From: Octopus vulgaris
Taxonomy: Eukaryota
NCBI GenBank assembly: GCA_951406725.2
Contig: OX597824.1
Span: forward strand, 65,782,001-65,846,000
Reading direction: 5' to 3'
DNA length: 64,000 nt
Shown here: positions 53,809-64,000 of the stretch, piece after piece
How positions within the stretch are numbered: the stretch's first letter is position 1
Layout: each line of letters opens with the position of its first letter
Made by a program: the position numbers and the translations under genes
The notes under the pieces: model-generated
What the model saw: the letters and a program-made list of their open reading frames with translations, nothing else
Told to the model about the DNA's origin: nothing
Databases searched by the model: none

Positions 53809-53890
53809 GGTTGCTTACTGAAGAATCTGACCTGAGCAGATAAATTATATTTAATGCTGAAAAAGATGAAACTGCAGTATAAGATGAACC
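53809..53890 (+). ncRNA. Minimal type-I hammerhead ribozyme motif (Penelope-like-element type)
   Basis: ctta-CTGAAGA(53818)-atct...agat-GAAA(53868)-C-tgca-G-TA-taag. Stem I ctta/taag, extended by ggtt/aacc. Stem II atct/agat. One-bp stem III with a palindromic loop. Predicted cleavage after GUA at 53879. Confidence 0.7.
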
Positions 53891-53986
53891 GAGTTTGTAA
53901 ACGTTTTTAATTTTCATTTCACTAAATTTATCCAACTTTTGTGTATCTAGTACTCACTTCTTCTTTTAGAAGCCTTTTAATGTACT

Positions 53987-54022
<36 letters not shown>

Positions 54023-54084
54023 CACGCATGTGTATATGTGTATATATACATGTATATATTTATGTAGCCCTATCGGATATGCCA

Positions 54085-54265
54085 TCAGTGACACAGGTAG
54101 CCATGCTTATCAGTGATGTCGACAAAACAAAGGTTGCACAGTCAGTCAAGGAAACCTCTGATGCTACGCTCTTGCAGAAAGATCTACATGCCATCTATAC
54201 ATGGGCTGAGGATAACAACATGCAATTCAATGCAAGTAAATTCCAGGCCCTCCCCTACCATTTAA
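54085..54265 (+). mobile_element. Short CR1-like RT fragment
   Basis: DKTKVAQSVK...LQKDLHAIYTWAEDNNMQFNASKFQAL. Confidence 0.7.
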
Positions 54266-54282
54266 GCACTGCTCAGGAATCA

Positions 54283-55606
54283 TAAGTCTTCTCTGCAATC
54301 AACCATCCTCAAGAAAAGTATGTAGCTCCACCTCCAAAACACAGCCTCTATCTCTGATTCCCAACACGGCTTCGTGCCGAAGAGATCATGCTTGACCAAC
54401 TTACTGGTAATGGAAGAATTGGTGACATGTATCCTGGATGATGGGGATGCTGTTGACATCATTTTATTGGACTTTGCCAAAGCTTTTGACTCGGTTAACA
54501 ACTGCCTATTACTTGTCAAACTTCAAGCATATCGTTTCCATCTGGATATTGTACGATGGGTTGGTGCCTTTCTCTTAGATTGCTCCTTCCAAGTCCAAGT
54601 TAATGGTTTGCTGTCCAACGTCTCCAGTGCGAGCAGTGGCATGCCTCAAGGTTCAGTGCTTGGGTCGTTATTGTTTTTAGTCTTCATCAATGACTTGCCC
54701 GACGACCTCATGCAACACACCCTTCTATTTGCCGACGATGTCAAACTGGTCGCTCCTCGCAGTGATATAGATGATCTTCGTTGATGCCTCCACCAAGTTT
54801 GGAGATGGTCAAATGAATGAGACCTGTGTCTGAATGTGCTGTCATCTGCCTGTTGGCTCCTCTCCTGCAACTCAACTTGATTTCGAGCTGGGTTGTCTGC
54901 TGCTGGAGAAGACCGACCAAGTAAAGGACCTGGATATCTTGGTGGATTCTTCCTTTTCGCCTTCGACTCAATGCGTCCATGCTGCCAACAAAGCACGCAG
55001 AGTTCTGTTTTTGATTCGACAGTCATTCAGAATGCTCACAGCAGCCATATTCCTACCACTCTATGTCATGCTGGTGAGACCCATATTGGAGTACGGGATT
55101 CAAGCCTCTTCTCCTTATCTCCTCAAAGACATACATCATCTCGAAAGAGTCCAGAAGCTGGCTACGCACATGGTTCTTGGTGTCAAGCATTTGTCTTATG
55201 AAGAAAGGCTGAAGACGCTCGACCTTTATTCTCTCGAAAAACGCCGCTGCCATGGTGATCTCATTCTCGCTCACAACATCATAAGTGGAAAGTGTAACCT
55301 CTCGAAAGAGCTGTTCTTCACTCCTGCTCTGGAGCGTGGGCTGTGGGGTCACTCCAAAAAGCTCTATCTACGACGATTTCATCTCAATCAAAGGAGAGGA
55401 GCTTTCTCTGTCCGAGTTGCGGATCCATGGAATAAGCTGCCGGACGAGATAGTGAAGATGCTGATGACCGCTTGGTTCAAAGTTTCTCTTGACCAGAAAT
55501 GGCCTGAACTCTTTGTATGACCACCCTCCTTGTACATAACTCCCTGTCCCTCTACATGGCCTTGCTTTTGCTTTATAGCCAATAAAAATTGAATTGAATT
55601 GAATTG
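54283..55606 (+). mobile_element. 5'-truncated CR1/L2-like LINE (RT pseudogene) with (AATTG)n tail
   Basis: QHGFVPKRSCLTNLL, LDFAKAFDSV, SGMPQGSVLGSLLFLVFINDL, LFADDVKL, LVRPILEYG, LERVQKLAT and WNKLP. Stops lie between the two ORFs. Ends aataaaaattgaattgaattgaattg. Confidence 0.92.
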
Positions 55607-56417
55607 TTAGAAAGGATCACAAAAGTACAGCTCCCAAAATTACTGCAGAGCTTAATGACCACCTCAAGAACCCAGTTTCCACAAAAATTGCTCGCCAGGA
55701 GCTGCACAAAGCCGGATTTCACTGGAGGGCTGCAATCAGAAAACCACTACTTTCAAAAACAAACGTTTCAAAGTGTTTAGAGTGGAGTAAAAAAACCTAC
55801 AGAATTGGTCTCTAGAGCAGTGGAAGAATGTTATTTTCTCGGACGAGTCATCCTTTACCTTATTTCCGACCACTAGCTGAGTATATGTGTGGAGACAGCC
55901 AAAAGGAACATTTGACTCAGACTGCCTTCTTCCAACTGTTAAACATGGAGGAGAATCTGGGGTGCTATATCTTGAAAATCCACTGGCCCAATGGTTTCCC
56001 TTCATGGCAGAATTAATAGTCAAGACTATTTAAGCATTTTATCTGATCAAATTTATCCTATGGTTGCACCAATTCACACAGCTAAAGTTGTTACTGAATG
56101 GCACGAGCAACATTCTAGTGAAGATGAACATCTTTTCTGGCCACTACAATCCCCAGATCTCAATATCACTGAATATTTATGGTGCATTTTAGAAAAACAA
56201 GTAAGGAGTCAATATCTTCTACCATCATCACTAAAAGAACTGGAGACTTTTAGCTGAAGAATGGACAAAAATTCCTTTCGAAACAATTTAAACTTTGTAC
56301 AAGTCCATACCTTGTAGAATTCAAGCTGTAATTACTGCCAAAAGCAGTCCTGTCCTATATTAAAATAAATTTGTATGAAATTTTAAGGTGCTTCCATTAT
56401 TTTGTCCAACTCCTGTA
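55607..56417 (+). mobile_element. 5'-truncated Tc1-like transposase pseudogene with right TIR
   Basis: RAAIRKPLLSKTN, WKNVIFSDESSF, APIHTAK and WPLQSPDLNITEYLW, with frameshifts. Ends ttttgtccaactcctgTA. Confidence 0.88.
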
Positions 56418-57323
56418 TATGTATGTCATCATCATCATACACACACACACACACACTTAATGGGAGAGAGAGAGGAGGGGGAGAGAAATGTTACCACAGA
56501 AGATGATTAAATTCAATCTAGCTAACAGGACAGCCTCTATGTGGTCAATCAACTTGTTAAATCTTTCTCAAGCCCACACCTATGGACACATTAGAGAAAG
56601 TAACTTGGATATACCCTGCAGGAATGCTTTGATCACATATCTTCTCGATAAGAGTTGATTTGGAGTTAAGTAGCAACTAAATTCAAAGGATCCTCCACGT
56701 AGCCATTCATTCTTTTAGAAATGGTAGCCTCATTTTTTTTATCGTATCTTACCATCTTAAAAAATAGATAAAATAAAACCTGGAAAGTCTCCTTAAGTTT
56801 GGGTAATATAATCCGGTGTTCCTGTCGAGTAAGGTTGAAAATTGTCTCGTGTGCCAAACATGCCTGTCGCTGAGGGAGTACACTAGACGGCTCCCCACCT
56901 CACTATTCAATGGTACATTCTTAGATTTACAGTGGCACACTTGCTTTGAAACTCCACTTTTGCATTATTACAAATTAGTGCCCTCACAGAATATCCTGAA
57001 GCACCCCCAGAACCAAAACCTGGCGATGGGTATGGTGCCATTTACCTGTAGTTTTGTGTGCATTTTCAGCATCATAAAATGCAATTCAAAATAAAAAAAC
57101 ATGTGAGTGATTATGTGCCTTTATGACTACAGTTGAGTGACTGAAACAAGTAAAATAATGTAAAAGAGCATATATATAGGCACAGGTGTGGCTGTGTGGT
57201 AAGAAGCTTACTTTCCAACCACATGGATCTGGGTTCAGTTCCACTGCATGTCATCTACTATAGTATTAGGCTAACCAAAGCCGTGTGAGTAGATTTGGTA
57301 GATGGAAACTGAAAGAAGTCTGT

Positions 57324-57358
<35 letters not shown>

Positions 57359-58261
57359 TCATCATCAGCATCATAATTTAACGTCCGCTTTCCATGCTAG
57401 CATGGGTTGGACAATTTGACTGAGGACTGGTGAACCAGATGGCTGCACCAGGCTCCAATCTGATCTGGCAGAGATTCTACAGCTGGATGCCCTTCCTGAT
57501 GCCAACCATTCCAAGAGTGTAGTGGGTGCTTTTATGTGCCACTGGCATTAGGGCCAGTCAGGCGGTACTGGCAATGGCCACGCTCAAATGATGTTTTTTA
57601 CAGGCCACCTGCACAGGAGCCAGTCCAGCGGCACTGGCAACGACCTCGCTTGAACATTGACAAGCAGTTTGTCCTGTAGAAACCTCCAGTTGTCTTCTAC
57701 ATCATGTGAAGCTATATCCCCTTCTATTTCGTCAAAGGCTTCGAGTAATGTGTGTGTCTGTGTTTGTCCCCCCTACCATCACTTGACAACTGATGCTGGT
57801 GTGTTTATGTTCCCATAACTTAGCGGTTTTGGCTAAAAAACCTGATAGAATAAGTTCTAGGCTTACAAAGAATAAGTCCTGGGGATGATCTGTTCGACTA
57901 AAGGCGGTGCTCCAACATAGCCGCAGTCAAATGACTGAAACAATTAAAAGAGTAATATCATGAACTCTCCCATCATTAGACGATGTATGGGCATTCATCA
58001 ATTTCTTGTGAAACAACCATACAGATGATTTGTTTATAGTGATCAAATGTTTCTGTTCACATAAGCTCACTCCCTCCATCAAATCGACATTACCAGTACA
58101 GGTGCACCATATGCCACACATTAGATGACGAAACGATTGCAGAACAACATGAAATGAAGTGTTTTGCTCAAGAACACAATGCAGTGCCCAATCTTGGAAT
58201 CAAAACCACAATCTCATTATTGTGAGTGCAACACCCTAACCACTAAGCCATGCGCCTTCAA

Positions 58262-58340
<79 letters not shown>

Positions 58341-59174
58341 AGTATGTATGTATATATGCATATACATACATCATCATCATCATCATTTAACATCTATTTT
58401 CCATGCTGGCACTAGTTGACAGGATGTAGTGAGTTGCAAGGCTGTGGCAAGTTCCAGCGTTGCCTTCAGTATGGCTTCTACAGTTGGTTGCCTTTCCTAA
58501 TGCTTATCACATTACAGTGCATGTGTGTGTGTGTATGTGTATTTTCCTTTATTTCCACTATAGGTCTATTAATAATATCTTATTATTCCTCGCTCTTTAA
58601 TATTATGCATAAAAAGTTTTTTATTATTTATCCTGGGACACAAATAGTCTCTAACTTAACATTTACATCTGCTTAATAATTAGTACAGTGTTTGGGATGG
58701 CTGTCGTCAGTGTGGTGGGTCATGATCCTGAAATTCAGTTACTCCTAGAGCCCTGTTGATGGGGCAGTCAATAAGCTGAGGGTGGTTTTGTTCAATAGCT
58801 TGTTTCTTTGATATGTCTAGTTGAATATGGGTGCTGCTTTTATCTTTGTGTTTCTTTGTGATTTACTTTTGTTGTGGAGTGAACTGACACTCCTGCACAT
58901 GACTGTCAGTGGACTGGACAAGTCTTATAAATAGATGTGTCGGTAGACAGTTGAGCTCGAACTGTGAGAGCATTAGTCTCGTTATTGATTCATGCTTTGG
59001 AGTACTTGATTGTTATTGTGCAAATGGTTATAATAAGATAACCAACTCTTGTTACATTGCTAATTGCTATATGGTTATATTTGGTTCTATGTTACACACA
59101 CACTTCTTATATTGTTGCTGACGATATAACAATTTTATTCTTACTTTCATTGTATATTCTTCATATGTATGTGC

Positions 59175-59177
<3 letters not shown>

Positions 59178-59240
<63 letters not shown>

Positions 59241-59282
59241 ACATGCACGCATGCACACACACACATACACACACACAAACAC
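59178..59282. repeat. (CA)n microsatellite
   Basis: Directly visible. Confidence 0.95.
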
Positions 59283-59606
59283 ATACATATAGGGACAGAG
59301 GAACAGGAGATTGTGCAATGAACTTCATTTGCTTACAACTGTTTCTGCTATAAGATGTAGTGCACTCAGAGAAGCATTTACTTATATGGAAGAGATCACC
59401 ATCGAAAATATGTAAAAATGCATAAGAAATGATTTTGCATAGAGCTTGAAGGATAAAAGCCACTCTTAGAAATATGTAGATTTATATAATTTTGAGTATA
59501 TGTATGTATATACAAAGGAGTATGATGAATCCCTATGTATATAACTATATATACGCATACATAACAGACAGAATACTGACCGTCAGAATGCAGATATAAA
59601 AACAAT

Positions 59607-60092
59607 GGCGCTCCTTGATGTGTGATCTGCAAAGGAGATTATTTTAGGTTACTTTTTATTTACTTTTCAATTTGTAACACCCTATAAGATGTAAAGATTT
59701 TTCTGTGTAATCAGTGACAAGATAAAGGTACTTGCATTTCTGCAAGAAACCAGACTGCAGTTACATTTTTACAAGAAACCAGCACTAAATTCACATTATT
59801 TCTTAAAAAAACAGAAACATGCCACTTTGCTGTGTGAGCTGCAATTTAAAGGGAGATTACTTTAGGTTACTTTTTATTTTACTCTGTGTTAGTGCTACTT
59901 TCTGTGTGATCTACATGAACAAATTTACTCTCGTGGGTGATCTACACACTTAGTTTAATTATTATATGGTTTTCCTATTATTAAAATAGTAAGAATTAAA
60001 AAAACAACATTTACAATGCTAAGTATGTACAAAATAATTTAAAAAGTAATCTAAAGTAATCTCCCTTGTAGATCACACACCAAAAGAGCACC
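59607..60092. mobile_element. MITE with ~55-bp TIRs and an internal direct subrepeat
   Basis: ggcgctccttgatgtgtgatctgcaaaggagattattttaggttacttttta versus the reverse complement at 60040-60092. A third copy of the arm lies at ~59831-59880. Confidence 0.7.
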
Positions 60093-60482
60093 AAAAAAAT
60101 GGGCACCAGAGATAGATATAAAGAGGGCTTATTAGTATTGTTATGAAATATTAGACAGGCAGGCAGAGACAGGAGAGAGAGAGCTATATGAATATCCTCA
60201 GAACAATGATTTTTTAATGAGTTATTTCCTTTCAGGTTAACACGAGAAAGTTTTAAAGAATATTTTATTTTGCATAGAAAATCACACGAGTGTAGAAATA
60301 GAAGAAAATGTGTGAGAATAGCATATCCATAAAAACTATTACTGCTAGATTAAACCTAATTTAATTTTGAAATTAATTCTGCAGTATTCATTAGACTTGT
60401 TCTAGTTAGAAACAAGTATTAATGAAAACATGAGAAATGGAAAAAAACAAAAAACATGTGACATTTATCCCTTTGCCTCTAG

Positions 60483-60722
60483 CAGCAGTTCTCAACCATT
60501 TTTGCCCATGGACTCCTTTGATTCCTATTTTACTTTACTGGGACCCCATATTAAAAAATAAATCCTATTATATTTATATAATTGAATATTATCAAGAATT
60601 ATATTTAAAAATTGTTAAAATATTTTGTGTATTGTAAAAGTATAACCAATTTATTGCTCATAAACACCAAAATCTGATATAGACCCCACAAGGGCCATAT
60701 GGACCCCAGTTGAGAAACACTG
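60483..60722. mobile_element. hAT/Charlie-like MITE
   Basis: Termini cagcagttctcaac...gttgagaaacactg. Confidence 0.65.
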
Positions 60723-61449
60723 GCCTATGCTGTGTATCACATGTGACATACAGGATATATCCTAGCATCCATGCATCATGTATGATAGACATTCCCAATT
60801 TTTTTCAACCACAAGAGTAACTTGGGGCTTACGAAAGGAAAGCTTTTTATTTTGGGACAAACTTATGAAAATGCTTTGGAAAAGCAAAGGATTAAATGCT
60901 AAAATGCGGACGATGTGATGCTGTTGCTGTTGTTTAACCCTTGGTTACCATTGATTAAGCAAACCTAAGGTCAAAAGCAATTTTTTCTTTTGACATAATT
61001 TATCCAGAACAACATTTTCCATGGTGTTATTCCTTTCTGTAAGACAGCAGGGTTAGTGGTGGTGGTGGTAACTGTTGTTTCACTTCAGATCAGCTCTGAC
61101 TGAACAAACCTATGATTAAAGACATTCCAGGCATGACTATTCCATCTTTTCTTCTGTGTGATTACGCTAAGTAAAATTGTGGCCATCCATACATATAGGC
61201 ATGTCCTTTATGATCATGCCACCACTCTCTCTCCCACCTGAGAAGTCTTTGTCTTGCAGGTGCCAGTGCCTTGTAGAATGCACTTATGCCAGTGCCACAC
61301 AAAATGCACCTATGTCAATGCCATGTAAATTGCACTTGTGCTGGTGCCATGTAAAATGCACTTGTGTGGGTGCCACACCCAACCCATACCAGCATGAAAA
61401 ACAGATGTTAAATGATGATGATTATATATATACACACACACACACATGT

Positions 61450-61750
61450 GGAGGCGCAATGGCCCAGTGGTTAGAGAAGCGGACTCACAGTCGTAGGATC
61501 ATGGTTTCGATTCCCAGACCGGTCGTTGTGAGTGCTTATTGAGCAAAAACATCTAAAGCTCCACGAAGGGGGGGGGGGGATCCCTGCTGTACTCTCTCAC
61601 CACAACTTTCTCTCACTCTTTCTTCTGTTGGCCTGCTTGCTTAGCCAGTGGGGTGGCGTCATTTGAAGGCTAAAACAATGCGAAGCGCATTGTGACCAGC
61701 GATGTGTAGCAACATCTGATAGCCTGGCCAGTCATGGTTATCAAGGTGAT
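61450..61750 (+). mobile_element. tRNA-headed SINE (family 3 variant)
   Basis: Shares ~170 nt with the 52514 copy, then has a different 3' body. Confidence 0.75.
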
Positions 61751-62813
61751 ATACACACACACATATATAATAGGTGCAGGTGTGGCTGTGTGGTAAGAAG
61801 CTTGTGTATATCCTATATGTGTGTCTGTGTGTCTGTTTGTTACTCCATCACCGCTTTATAACCAGTGTTGGTGTGTTTATGTCCCCATAGCTTAGCGGTT
61901 TAGCAAATGAGACTGATAGAATAAGTATGGTGCTTTTAAAATAAGTCCTGGGGCCAGTTTGTTTGACTAAAATCCTTCAAGGTAGTACTCCACATAGCTG
62001 CAGTCTGAAACAAATAAAATAAGATATATATATATATTTATATAAGGGAGTCTATGTGTGTCTGTGTCTATGAATTTGTTTCTTTGTCTGGACATCATGT
62101 GATACTTGTAAATGAGCATCACCATCATATAAGCGGCATTGTAGGTTTCTAATCTTCTCTGAAGACCTGTCTAACAATTAGGAAATATTACCTTACTTGG
62201 AAGTAAGTGAGATTGATGACTGGAAGAGTATCCAGCTGTAGAAAAGTTGCCTCAAGTAATTCTATTTGGCCCATGTGAGCATGGAAAAGAGGAGGGTAAA
62301 ACAATAACAATGACAACAACAACAACAACAACACTGGAGTTAAATGGCACAAAGTGACTGTTTTCTAGGATTTACTGAATTGGTTCTCAGTACTTCCCAA
62401 ATACCAATTTTATCACTCCTAGATGGATGGAAATGAAAGCCGAATTTGGAAGAATTTGAACTAAGAATGTAAAGGATTGTTTACAAAATCACTACATCAC
62501 TAGAACTATGATTGAACACTGTATCAGTGACAGGATATGAATGAAAGACTCTTCAGCTCATAGTTTGGCCTTATCCTTTTAGCCATACCAGTTCATCCAC
62601 TCACCTTAGCAGAACAATAAAATAAAAATTAGTCAGAAACACAGTGACTGCCCCCACACCATTATAGCTACTGTGTACCATTACAAGGCTTTATCTATTC
62701 TTTATTTTCAAAAACGACAATCAAGATCAAAGAAATATAAATGCAACTGCATCTTAAGAGCCATTCCAACACTGTTTCTACATTATCATAACACTAGAGA
62801 AAACCTTGCCTAA

Positions 62814-63032
62814 CCCTTTCATTACCAACCCACTGAAGCCGGCTCTGGCTCTGAGTACAAATGTCTTGTTTTCATAAGTTTTGAATTAAAATCTTCCACC
62901 AAATCTTAGTCACAATTTATGTTCCTAACACTAGCTGAATGATAACTAGGTTATTTTACTAAATTCTTTATTATATTTAAAGTAATTGAAAGAAACATAG
63001 AGCATCTCAAAATAAATACAGTAACGAAAGGG
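62814..63032. mobile_element. piggyBac-like MITE
   Basis: (c)taa-ccctttcattac...gtaacgaaaggg-ttaa. A related decayed copy lies at ~38760-38948. Confidence 0.7.
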
Positions 63033-64000
63033 TTAAAGGCAGAATATAGTTTCAGTGTTAGGATACTCTTTAGTCAGTAGCCTGATGCTCTCTTGTCAGT
63101 CACACTAATTCATCTTGTTCAGTTTAGCAAAGTTGTAGCAAAAATGACAAAGCAAAAACAATTAGAGAGACAAAACAACGTGGTTGCTTGACCTGCTAGC
63201 ACACTAGCAGCTAAATCCACCTCGAGTCATACACATTATCTTAAAACAAAATTAAATAAAAAATCATGGATAATGTAGTCTTACACTTACTATGTTTCAA
63301 GAAAAAAAAAAGGACATGGTCATGACGGAAACTTCTTTTAACATGAATTTAACCATTGCTTTTCTGAAATATGGCATCTCTGAATATTTTATTCCTTAAC
63401 CATTTGCTTGTCATGTGTATCATGTGTGATACACAACAATTTTCCTTGGTGTCCGTACATCATATATTACATACTACATTTCCAATTTTTTCAACTACCA
63501 GAGTTACTTGGGACTTAGAAAAGCTTTATATTACTCAGAAGGTATGAAACAAGGGCTAACTAAAAAGTCTGAAAACAAGCATGAATGTTTAGGAGAATTA
63601 TGAAAATGCTTTGAACAGATAAAAAGTAAAACGTCTTTTTAAACTTTGCCAACCATTGTACAAGATTACTCATTCATTCTATGAGTTATTTATTCTCCAA
63701 ATGTTTGTATTTATCTATGCAAACCACCACCACCACCTTGGACACAGCACAACACAAGTGATAGGGCATGACCTGTTAATACCTTGACTAGGGTTCTGAC
63801 AGATATCTAATCAACATAGTCATTTACAACTCTGATCTAGATATAATTATGGTTTCAAATTTTGGCACAAAGCCAGCAAGTTTGGGAAAGGTGGTGGTGG
63901 TGGTGGGGCCTAGTTGATTACACTGACCTCAGTCCTCAACTGGTCCTTATTTTATCAATCCCAAAAGAAAGAAAAGTATAGTCAACCTTGGTGATCAAAA

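Larger units (their letters stand above)
53530..53985 (+). mobile_element. Penelope-like element pLTR remnant with inverted 5' segment
   Basis: Contains the hammerhead motif, starts with a perfect 50-bp inverted repeat and is bounded by (TA)n on both sides. No RT or GIY-YIG ORF is visible. Confidence 0.55.

Overview
AT-rich, repeat-dense eukaryotic DNA. The SINE, RTE-LINE and (TA)n/(CA)n landscape suggests an octopod cephalopod (inference). Two convergent host genes are present. (1) An 11-exon presenilin on +, 9671-35109, with a predicted 1560-nt CDS (519 aa), both catalytic Asp residues, the PAL motif and a PSEN2-type N-terminal ERTSLL sorting motif. Its first coding exon (5 nt) is inferred. 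(2) An ABHD18 alpha/beta-hydrolase with an uninterrupted CDS on -, 48948-50435. The rest is SINEs, RTE and CR1-like LINE fragments, Tc1/mariner and hAT relics, several MITEs and tandem repeats. The most notable non-coding structure is at 53.5-54.0 kb: a perfect 50-bp inverted repeat next to a minimal type-I hammerhead-ribozyme motif, bounded by (TA)n tracts, as in Penelope-like retroelements. I see no prokaryote-type system, CRISPR array, rRNA or true tRNA gene. All alignments were made by eye and homolog comparisons are from memory.
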